The position numbers were made by a program, and so were the translations under genes. Shown in pieces: positions 9,039-15,518 of a stretch of 63,760 bases of DNA. The notes under the pieces are model-generated. The model searched no databases and was not told the origin of the DNA. It was given only the letters and a program-made list of their open reading frames with translations. Origin of the DNA: a virus (lineage: Duplodnaviria; Caudoviricetes); IMG/VR virus record IMGVR_UViG_3300036791_001402, positions 1 through 63,760 of that record; one strand, given 5' to 3'. Every line of letters begins with the position of its first letter. Position 1 is the first letter of the stretch.

Positions 9039-9532
9039 TTGCTCATCTCCCACAGGAAGGATTTCCCGACGACGACGGGTTGCACTGTGACACCGTTCCA
9101 CTCGCGGAGATCATCGAAGGTGGTGATCTCCGGTTGGAAGCCGGGATAGACCGTCTCCCGCCATTTAGTGAAAACCAACCGCTGGGCTTCCTTGCGGTCA
9201 TGCGAGATCGCCATCACCGTATAGCCCCCGGCATCGCACATGCCCACGAAGACCGTCTCAGGTTCAGGTTGACGGTCGGGGGCGGCGACCTCGCGAGGGA
9301 CGACCGGATGGAGTCGGGCCATAAGGGCTTCGCGTTTGGCACGACCAGCGGCTAAAGCGGTTTCGCGGTCAGGGAAGGGTTTGTTGTCGCCGACGCTGAT
9401 GAAGCGCAGGAATTTGGTGAAGGGTTTGCCGGTGCGCTTGTTTCGCGCTGTCATGTATTCCCGAATCGAGCAGTAGAATCCGCCGATCCCTGATGCGCTG
9501 GTTCCGATCTTGTAACGCTCACTTGCTTTCAT
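9035..9532 (-). CDS. Hypothetical protein, first gene after ribozyme G
   Basis: ATG 9532 lies 12 nt after the ribozyme; GGAAAGAGA leader. Confidence 0.7.
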   Translation of the reverse strand: MKASERYKIGTSASGIGGFYCSIREYMTARNKRTGKPFTKFLRFISVGDNKPFPDRETALAAGRAKREALMARLHPVVPREVAAPDRQPEPETVFVGMCDAGGYTVMAISHDRKEAQRLVFTKWRETVYPGFQPEITTFDDLREWNGVTVQPVVVGKSFLWEMSK

Positions 9533-9544
9533 AGTTCTCTTTCC

Positions 9545-9597
9545 GTGCCATTGGTTGAAGCTCAGGTGCGCCACGCGAAGGCTGGACACTTGCACCC
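9545..9597 (-). ncRNA. Minimal HDV-like self-cleaving ribozyme, copy G
   Basis: GGGTGC-AA-GTGTCCA-GCC-TTCGCGT-GGC-GCACCT-GA-GCTTCAA-CCAA-TGGCAC; P1 with G.U first pair, P2 with one bulge, P3, P1.1 UC/GA, J4/2 CCAA. Confidence 0.82.
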
Positions 9598-9622
9598 GCC
9601 CGGATTCGCTCCGGGGCAGCGG

Positions 9623-9862
9623 TTAATCTGCGTCCTGCATCCAGCGTGGATGGTCGTCGCGGATGTCGTCTATCGTGTAGCGCCCCACGCGTTGCATGAG
9701 GATCTCGTTAGCCTGAGACTCAAATCCCGTTGCCACTTCGAGAATGGGCGCATGGAAGCTATTGCCATTGCGACGGTGAGGGATTCCATGCTTGTCGAGT
9801 TGCCGTTCAATCCACGACAGTTTCGGTTCGTTGGTTCGCTTGCAAAACAAGACATAGTCCAT
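9623..9862 (-). CDS. Hypothetical protein
   Basis: TAATG-coupled to the upstream gene; SFHAPIL motif. Confidence 0.65.
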   Translation of the reverse strand: MDYVLFCKRTNEPKLSWIERQLDKHGIPHRRNGNSFHAPILEVATGFESQANEILMQRVGRYTIDDIRDDHPRWMQDAD

Positions 9863-10350
9863 TACTTACCCCCTTTGTAGATTGCCAAGGCGGTTTCCAT
9901 GGGCAGCAGGTTGAGGATCTGGACCGCCTTTAGCTTGGCGGGGGTCTGGGGGTCGCGCAGATAGGTGCCGACCTGCGCGGGAGTCAGTTTGCGGGTCTCG
10001 AAGATGCCCTCGCTGCCGACCTTGGTGAAGAGGATCTTGTTAGTCATGGCGCGTTTCAGGTCTTTGGCTAGAAGGTGATCTTCGAGCAGGTCGCCGATAA
10101 GGATGTCGGCATCCTGCGGGTAGGTTTCAGTCGTGCCGTCGCCCATGTCCATGGCGACCGGCGGGAGCGTGGCGGCATACTCGGCCAGGCGGGTTTCCAG
10201 GGCGAAGGGCTGATAGAAATTCGGGCCGCCGTGCCCGTCGTTGCGGACGTCTCCAGCACGTTTGCCGTCGATGTAGATGGTGGCCTCGAAGCAGTGGGTT
10301 TCCTCAGAGGCGAATGCCGCCCGTTTGATGTTCCTGAGTTCGATCTTCAT
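9862..10350 (-). CDS. Conserved phage hypothetical protein (SEETxCFEA...NDGHGG)
   Basis: ATG 10350 lies 14 nt after ribozyme F; the 407-aa call is an upstream extension. Confidence 0.75.
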   Translation of the reverse strand: MKIELRNIKRAAFASEETHCFEATIYIDGKRAGDVRNDGHGGPNFYQPFALETRLAEYAATLPPVAMDMGDGTTETYPQDADILIGDLLEDHLLAKDLKRAMTNKILFTKVGSEGIFETRKLTPAQVGTYLRDPQTPAKLKAVQILNLLPMETALAIYKGGK

Positions 10351-10364
10351 GAGTTCTCTTTTCC

Positions 10365-10417
10365 GCTTGATTGGTTGACGCTCAGTCCCGCCGACGTGAA
10401 GGCTCAAGCTTGGGACC
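10365..10417 (-). ncRNA. Minimal HDV-like self-cleaving ribozyme, copy F
   Basis: GGTCCC-AA-GCTTGA-GCC-TTCACGTC-GGC-GGGACT-GA-GCGTCAA-CCAA-TCAAGC. Confidence 0.85.
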
Positions 10418-10708
10418 ATCCCCCGGAATCCGGTACTCGCGTTCAAGGCGTTCGTTCGATGCCTTGACCATTTCGACCGTGAGCGGGGGTTGCGGCTTGA
10501 ATCCCTCCAGCTTGCGCTCCACCCAATAGAGGACTGCGGTACGGGTTCCGGTGTAGCCCTGAAAGACTCCATCGAACGTGTAGATGACTCCGGGGTCGGG
10601 TTCGGGATAGTCGGCATATACGGCATCAGCGACCGTGACCTTGTGACCTTTGACCGTGGTTTGCATCCATTCGCCGACGACGCGGAAATCGGATAAGCGG
10701 CATCCCAT
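10382..10708 (-). CDS. Hypothetical protein whose last codons and stop lie inside ribozyme F
   Basis: GGAGG RBS; ORF reads ...IPGDGPKLEPSRRRD* with TGA at 10384-10382. Confidence 0.6.
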   Translation of the reverse strand: MGCRLSDFRVVGEWMQTTVKGHKVTVADAVYADYPEPDPGVIYTFDGVFQGYTGTRTAVLYWVERKLEGFKPQPPLTVEMVKASNERLEREYRIPGDGPKLEPSRRRD

Positions 10709-11023
10709 CTATTTGCCCTCCGTGAGTGCAGCCAAGGCTGAAGCGATGTTGTCGCCCTCATAGAGGGTCTGGCAGAGTTCAGGTGGGTAATCCTCAAATC
10801 CGCCGACCGCCTGATAGACGCGATAGCGGGGCAATGCCATCTCCCGCTGATCCGGGTCGGGATGGTCCGACCAGATCTCGCGGGAGTCGATGGGGTCGGG
10901 GGTAACGAAGCGGGGGCAGACGTCGTTGTGCCACGATTCGTCGCTGAGCTTACCTGATTGAACGAGGGAGAGGATCTCCGGGGGAACGTTGTAGTCGGAT
11001 GCGAATTCTTTACGCCATGACAT
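10709..11023 (-). CDS. Phage hypothetical protein (DxSWHNDxCP motif)
   Basis: ATG 16 nt after ribozyme E; DESWHNDVCPRF, DHPDPDQRE. Confidence 0.75.
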   Translation of the reverse strand: MSWRKEFASDYNVPPEILSLVQSGKLSDESWHNDVCPRFVTPDPIDSREIWSDHPDPDQREMALPRYRVYQAVGGFEDYPPELCQTLYEGDNIASALAALTEGK

Positions 11024-11039
11024 GCTGTTTTCTCTTTCC

Positions 11040-11091
11040 GCTGATTCGGTAAACGCTCAGTCCCGCCCCGTGAAGGCATCAGCATGGGACC
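11040..11091 (-). ncRNA. Minimal HDV-like self-cleaving ribozyme, copy E
   Basis: GGTCCC-AT-GCTGAT-GCC-TTCACGG-GGC-GGGACT-GA-GCGTTTA-CCGA-ATCAGC. Confidence 0.85.
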
Positions 11092-11120
11092 ATGCCCCGG
11101 AATGACTCCGGGGGTTAGTG

Positions 11121-11603
11121 CTACGCCCTCACGGTCGCACCGTGGGCCACAGACGCGTTATAGATGGCATCTACGACCGCTGCCAGATCAATGCAGTCGG
11201 TTCCGACCTCGACCCATACCCCGTTGCCGTCGCCGACCAGACCGCCGTCGGCATCGCTGTCGTCCGCGCCCCATTTGTCGCCTGAGGTTCCCCACACCAG
11301 TTCGCCCTTGTCGGTCTTGAGAACGGAGACGCACCAGATGCCCCCGCCCGTGTGCATCAGACCAGCGGTCAGTCTTTTTGCGGTCAAGGCCGAAGCGATG
11401 GCCTCCATCCATTCGGTGCCGTAGTCTTCGCGGACGGATTCGCCCAGACCTTCCTCGACTTCGTTGAGCATGTCGGTGAGCCATCCGGCGACGGTCTCGC
11501 GGACAGGGTCGTTTTCTTCAGCGGGGATCTCCGCCTGATTGTCGAGCCAATTGCCGACGAGGTCATAGAACTTCTGGGCGCGAATCCTGTTCAGTGTGTC
11601 CAT
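11121..11603 (-). CDS. Acidic hypothetical protein (HTGGGIWC motif)
   Basis: ATG 11603 lies 17 nt after ribozyme D. Confidence 0.72.
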   Translation of the reverse strand: MDTLNRIRAQKFYDLVGNWLDNQAEIPAEENDPVRETVAGWLTDMLNEVEEGLGESVREDYGTEWMEAIASALTAKRLTAGLMHTGGGIWCVSVLKTDKGELVWGTSGDKWGADDSDADGGLVGDGNGVWVEVGTDCIDLAAVVDAIYNASVAHGATVRA

Positions 11604-11620
11604 CGTGTTTTCTCTTTTCC

Positions 11621-11672
11621 GCTGATTTGGTTGTCGCTCAGTCCCGCCACGAGAAGGCATCAGCTTGGGACC
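11621..11672 (-). ncRNA. Minimal HDV-like self-cleaving ribozyme, copy D
   Basis: GGTCCC-AA-GCTGAT-GCC-TTCTCGT-GGC-GGGACT-GA-GCGACAA-CCAA-ATCAGC. Confidence 0.87.
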
Positions 11673-11699
11673 GTATCCCGGCATGGCCGGGATGGTTGC

Positions 11700-12026
11700 T
11701 CAGGCGAAGGTCTTGAGCCACGCTGCTACGATCTCTTCATGGATATCGACGTCGCTCGACAGCGTGGTTGATTTCGACTCATGCGTCTCGCCTTCGTCGT
11801 AGGCTTTGCGGGAAGCGTAGACGTCGCCATCCCACGTCTCATTGGCGTCTCCGAATGCGACCACGGTCCCGTCGGGCATGTCGGTAATGATGACCGTCAC
11901 GTTGCTGTCGGCGAGGGATTCGCTGGGGAATCCGTGAGCGGTGAGTTGCTTGGCGACCCAGTCCATTTCGGCGAGGTGGGTCGAGAAGGCGTTGTCGTCC
12001 ATTGCTTCATATTTCGCGATGCTCAT
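11700..12026 (-). CDS. Acidic hypothetical protein
   Basis: ATG 12026 lies 14 nt after ribozyme C. Confidence 0.72.
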   Translation of the reverse strand: MSIAKYEAMDDNAFSTHLAEMDWVAKQLTAHGFPSESLADSNVTVIITDMPDGTVVAFGDANETWDGDVYASRKAYDEGETHESKSTTLSSDVDIHEEIVAAWLKTFA

Positions 12027-12040
12027 TGGTTCTCTTTTCT

Positions 12041-12093
12041 GCCTGATTGGTAGTTGCTCAGTCCCGCGAACGTGAACGCTCAGGCGTGGGACC
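12041..12093 (-). ncRNA. Minimal HDV-like self-cleaving ribozyme, copy C
   Basis: GGTCCC-AC-GCCTGA-GCG-TTCACGTT-CGC-GGGACT-GA-GCAACTA-CCAA-TCAGGC; P3 covaries (GCG/CGC). Confidence 0.85.
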
Positions 12094-12109
12094 ATCCCCG
12101 TGAGGGGAG

Positions 12110-12262
12110 TTACTGCAACTCGTCCGCTGGACGGTCCCAGTTGATGCTGTTGACGAAGGTGTCCTGAAAGTCGTGCCCACAAGTGTGTTGGGCGTATTGG
12201 TGCGCGTAGTTGTGTGTTTTGCAGGAATGTGTACCTGTGATGCAGTTGGTAGGCAGGTTCAT
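12110..12262 (-). CDS. 50-aa Cys/His-rich small protein
   Basis: ATG 12262 lies 14 nt after ribozyme B; stop just before the hairpin of copy C. Confidence 0.65.
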   Translation of the reverse strand: MNLPTNCITGTHSCKTHNYAHQYAQHTCGHDFQDTFVNSINWDRPADELQ

Positions 12263-12276
12263 CGATTCTCTTTTCC

Positions 12277-12328
12277 GCACATTCGGTAGTTGCTCAGTCT
12301 CGCCACGTGAAGGCATGTGCTTGAGACC
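12277..12328 (-). ncRNA. Minimal HDV-like self-cleaving ribozyme, copy B
   Basis: GGTCTC-AA-GCACAT-GCC-TTCACGT-GGC-GAGACT-GA-GCAACTA-CCGA-ATGTGC. Confidence 0.88.
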
Positions 12329-12349
12329 ATCCCCGCAAAGGGGAAAAGG

Positions 12350-12562
12350 TTAGTCGATTAGCGCGTCAATGGTTTGGCGTGCATAGTTCCACGATTGAGT
12401 GGACGGAACGCGATGAATCATCTGCCCGTCTTTTTCAATCCACATGTCGCCCGTGAGTGCATTGCGACGAACGAGGTATCCGCGATAGGCCATGCGGGAA
12501 AAGTCGACAGTCTGCAATGCTGCCAACGCTGCCATACTGCGATAGGTACGCTTAGTGGTCAT
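12350..12562 (-). CDS. Small hypothetical protein
   Basis: AAGGA RBS before ATG 12562. Confidence 0.65.
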   Translation of the reverse strand: MTTKRTYRSMAALAALQTVDFSRMAYRGYLVRRNALTGDMWIEKDGQMIHRVPSTQSWNYARQTIDALID

Positions 12563-12614
12563 GAGTGGTAATCCTTCTACCCATGATATCCCGCATGGGT
12601 ACGGCATTCAAGAG

Positions 12615-13343
12615 TTATGCTGCGATGGAGATCTGAACCAATTGGGCGACAGGGACCACGAATCCGCTCGTGTCTTTCTTTGCTGGACCTTTAGCGCGTA
12701 GTCCAATGACCGAACCCTTGTATCCGTCCAGAAAACGAAGGTCGTGCAAGTCGCCGTCAATGACCGGACGTCCAAGGAAAGTCGAAGGCAGGGGGGAACC
12801 TTTCTTTGTGTCGAAAACGACTGCCACATTCAACCCATGGTCCAATGCACGCATGGTCTCGGCTTCGTTGGTCTCAGAATGAGAAAACGTCAAGTGATAG
12901 TTCGGAGTAACGCGTTCCCATGCGCGTGCATGCTTCGTATAGTCGTAGAAAACCACGTTCGGGAATTCGCTTGCCATCATCAAAGCTAACCATGGAAGGT
13001 CGGACGTCCCATTGACCCGTACCGCAGGGATAAGCTTTTCCCGTTTAGCCTTGCGAATTAAAGCTTCAATCGACCAACGCATCGAAGCAAGGAATCCTTC
13101 CCTGTCATCGAACAGAAAGTGAGTCTTCGCAATGCGCTGCCGCACTATCGTGGGGAATGCTCCCCGTCCAGCTTTGAACAAACAAACGTTGCGGCATCCT
13201 TCGCTCGAATCAGTGCAGAGGTTCCCGCGTCCACCCTCAGAAGCGGGGGCAAGGTAAAGAATCCCGGTTAAATATCCCAAAGACTCGCCCTTGCTAGTCT
13301 TCGCATTTTCGGTGGTCAATAGTGCGCGATACTTCGTTGTCAT
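12615..13343 (-). CDS. Gene-product-88 (Gp88)-like Cys-containing protein
   Basis: NAKTSKG, GILYLAP, C-x5-GC-x3-C, RVNGTSD, FYDYTK, YHLTFS, DGDLHDLRFLD, GLRAKG. Confidence 0.8.
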   Translation of the reverse strand: MTTKYRALLTTENAKTSKGESLGYLTGILYLAPASEGGRGNLCTDSSEGCRNVCLFKAGRGAFPTIVRQRIAKTHFLFDDREGFLASMRWSIEALIRKAKREKLIPAVRVNGTSDLPWLALMMASEFPNVVFYDYTKHARAWERVTPNYHLTFSHSETNEAETMRALDHGLNVAVVFDTKKGSPLPSTFLGRPVIDGDLHDLRFLDGYKGSVIGLRAKGPAKKDTSGFVVPVAQLVQISIAA

Positions 13344-13357
13344 TCCGTCTCTTTTCC

Positions 13358-13409
13358 GTCGATTCAGTAGTTGCTCAGTTCCACCACGTGAAGGTATCGA
13401 CTTGGAACC
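13358..13409 (-). ncRNA. Minimal HDV-like self-cleaving ribozyme, copy A
   Basis: GGTTCC-AA-GTCGAT-ACC-TTCACGT-GGT-GGAACT-GA-GCAACTA-CTGA-ATCGAC; P1, P2 and P3 all covary versus other copies. Confidence 0.88.
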
Positions 13410-13427
13410 ATTCCCCCGCAGGGGAGG

Positions 13428-13646
13428 TTAGAAAACACACCAACGGACTATGTCATTCCACGACCATCCCGAACGACCTAACGCGTCCAATATCCGCTGG
13501 GTTTGAAACAACTTGTCTTCCCCAGCCATTTCGACATAGACATGTGCCGTACCTTCGCAAGTGACATCCAACCCACTCGCCCTCAAACGTTGTGCGGCAG
13601 ACTCAACTACAGTCGGACCACAGTAAACCCTGTATCGCGATGTCAT
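13428..13646 (-). CDS. Small hypothetical protein, first gene of the leftward operon
   Basis: Purine-rich leader (AAAGGAAAGGGAAAA) before ATG; stop precedes the hairpin of copy A. Confidence 0.65.
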   Translation of the reverse strand: MTSRYRVYCGPTVVESAAQRLRASGLDVTCEGTAHVYVEMAGEDKLFQTQRILDALGRSGWSWNDIVRWCVF

Positions 13647-13693
13647 TTTTCCCTTTCCTTTCTGTCTCTTGCACCGTCTTTGCTGCCCTAACC

Positions 13694-13724
13694 ATTATAC
13701 GGGTAAATCGGACGAATTTATCAT
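13694..13724 (-). promoter_or_regulatory. Putative sigma70 promoter for the leftward operon
   Basis: Perfect TATAAT on the minus strand at 13699-13694, about 48 nt before ATG; -35 weak. Confidence 0.45.
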
Positions 13725-14319
13725 CTCTCTACACATTTATTCCAACTATTTTCGACCATCCTAGTGTTGATTCGATTGCATTTATCCATAGCACGTGCGC
13801 CTGGTAAACGCGTTTTCAAAAATGCGACAGCTCTGTCGCTTTTTCAAACGTGGGAACCACTTCGTTTTTCGTTTTTCGGAATGCCATAGACGGCGAAAAT
13901 CTAGACCGCTAATTATGCTCAATCCGACCGGTCGCCCGGTCGCAGATCTGAGGGCGATCTGAGGTCTCAAAATTCGGTTTAGCAGCCTTTTGGATTGTCG
14001 CCCGGAAGGTCGATTGTCGAGTCGTTTGCGCCTAATCCGTAGAATTGGCGCGGACACTGTAAATACGGGGGAATCTGAGGGCGACGACAGGTCGGGGAAT
14101 ACTTGGAAAGAGGTTCCCATGGGGGCGACCTGTCGTTTTCGGGGGCTTGGGTTTGGTTTGGCGCGGGATTCTTTGTCCGCGACCCGCCGGCCGCTCGTCG
14201 ACGGCGACGCCTTCAGCCTTTCGATCCGCGAAAAACAAAAAAATAAAAAATGGGAAAGGTTAAAAAGCGGGAGTATAGTTTGTTTCCATGAATTGGGAAC
14301 CATAAAAGGGAAGCAATAA

Positions 14320-14763
14320 ATGGGAAACCTGAAAATGGACACCATGAAGATTTTGCGTTGCAAGCGATGTGGACGGGAGTGGTGTTCGCGGCGGGAGCAT
14401 CCGGTTCGGTGCGGGGTATGCCGGTCGCCTTACTGGGATCGGGAGAGGAGGGGGAATGGAAGTGGATCTGAAGTTATTGAGCGCGGGGTTGGTGGAGTGG
14501 CGGGAGCAGTTGCGGACGGAGGTGGGGACGGAGTTGCGGTGTCCGTTTTGCAAGAGGCCGAGGGTGCGAAGGAGCGATTACATTCGGTGCAATCCGTGTG
14601 CGACGAACTGGCTGGACGAGGAGCGGGGGTTGCGGGATTATCTAAATCGCGACCCGGGGGCGGCAAGGGCGGAGGGGCGGCGAGGTGCGATAAGCCTGGT
14701 CACAGCGGATTCCAGCGGACGGACGGGTGGTGGTGCAACCAGTGCGGGGTGATGTACCGGTGA
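14320..14763 (+). CDS. Zn-ribbon protein (N-terminal CxxC..W..CxxC..W; C-terminal C..H..CxxC)
   Basis: CKRCGREW...CGVCRSPYW resembles the ORF at 5960-6166. Confidence 0.55.
   Translation: MGNLKMDTMKILRCKRCGREWCSRREHPVRCGVCRSPYWDRERRGNGSGSEVIERGVGGVAGAVADGGGDGVAVSVLQEAEGAKERLHSVQSVCDELAGRGAGVAGLSKSRPGGGKGGGAARCDKPGHSGFQRTDGWWCNQCGVMYR
14456..14752 (+). CDS. Zn-ribbon protein nested in another frame of 14320-14763
   Basis: GAGGAGG RBS; CPFC...CNPC. Confidence 0.55.
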   Translation: MEVDLKLLSAGLVEWREQLRTEVGTELRCPFCKRPRVRRSDYIRCNPCATNWLDEERGLRDYLNRDPGAARAEGRRGAISLVTADSSGRTGGGATSAG

Positions 14764-14843
14764 GGGTGGTTTATCAAAATGAGAAAGGTTGACATGCTGG
14801 GAGGCGGGGCGTGGGATAGTGGGCAGGAAATGGAGGTGGAGTT

Positions 14844-15203
14844 ATGAAGTTGACGGAGGATGAGTGCCGGTATGTGTATCGGGCGGGGTTGGGGCGGGTA
14901 CGGACGGAGGGAGAGGACTACGACGTGGTGGTGGGTAGGTGTTATGTGGAAGCGGCGGCGCGGTTGGTGTTGAGTCCGGCGGGGGTGGAGGAGTTATCGG
15001 GGGCGGACGGGGCGATGTGTGCGTTGGAGTTGGTGAACTGGTTTTTGTTACGGAGGCTGGAGGGGGTGTTGAGGAGGGACGATCCGAGGGAAGCGGTAGT
15101 GGCGAGGTTGTTGGACGAGATGGGGGTGGAGAAGGAATCGGAGTTGCGGGACGCGGTGGTGGTGAAGGGGTTTCTGGCGGAGTTGGATGCGGTGACGAAG
15201 TGA
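14844..15203 (+). CDS. Hypothetical protein
   Basis: GGAGG/GGAG RBS; protein-like composition. Confidence 0.6.
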   Translation: MKLTEDECRYVYRAGLGRVRTEGEDYDVVVGRCYVEAAARLVLSPAGVEELSGADGAMCALELVNWFLLRRLEGVLRRDDPREAVVARLLDEMGVEKESELRDAVVVKGFLAELDAVTK

Positions 15204-15514
15204 ATTGCGGAAACCAGAGTTGCGGGGCGGAGCTGGACGCGGATCACACGGTGCTGGTCACGACGACGCATGCGCGGCATTTCTGTTCAGTGGAATGCCT
15301 GACAGCAAGCCACGACGGCCATGTGGCGGGATTGGTGGATCCGGGTTTCAAGGAGTTGGTACAGAGGGCTATTTGCAAGCTGAACCGGGAGCAGGACCGG
15401 GATCCGAACTGCATGTGGCATGAGATTGAAGTGGCGCTGCGTGAATGTGGGGAGCAGTACGGGTGCGATCAGGAAGCACGCTGGGAACGGGATGCGGTGC
15501 CGGGGGCGGGGTGA
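15200..15514 (+). CDS. Hypothetical protein with C..C..FCSxxC (TRASH-like) motif
   Basis: GTGA overlap; CGNQSC...HFCSVEC. Confidence 0.55.
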   Translation: MNCGNQSCGAELDADHTVLVTTTHARHFCSVECLTASHDGHVAGLVDPGFKELVQRAICKLNREQDRDPNCMWHEIEVALRECGEQYGCDQEARWERDAVPGAG

Positions 15515-15518
15515 AGCG

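Noticed and set aside
9862-11085. 407-aa ORF, and similar N-terminal extensions of the ORFs at 9595, 11684, 12182, 12316 and 8741
   Set aside because: Extensions run through ribozymes or overlap better genes; conserved leaders and coupled starts define shorter CDSs
9545-13409. tRNA-associated theta-ribozyme/recoding system
   Set aside because: No tRNA cloverleaf seen upstream of any copy or elsewhere by eye (tRNAscan-SE would confirm); upstream elements are simple hairpins
9533-13427. Intergenic repeats as a CRISPR array
   Set aside because: Spacing is 235-1081 bp with whole genes between copies; copies vary by compensatory changes rather than being identical; no cas operon
9533-13427. Repeats as integron attC sites, promoters or intrinsic terminators
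   Set aside because: No RYYYAAC/GTTRRRY ends, no -10/-35 boxes and no U-tracts; the pairing is a pseudoknot with G.U pairs that works only as minus-strand RNA
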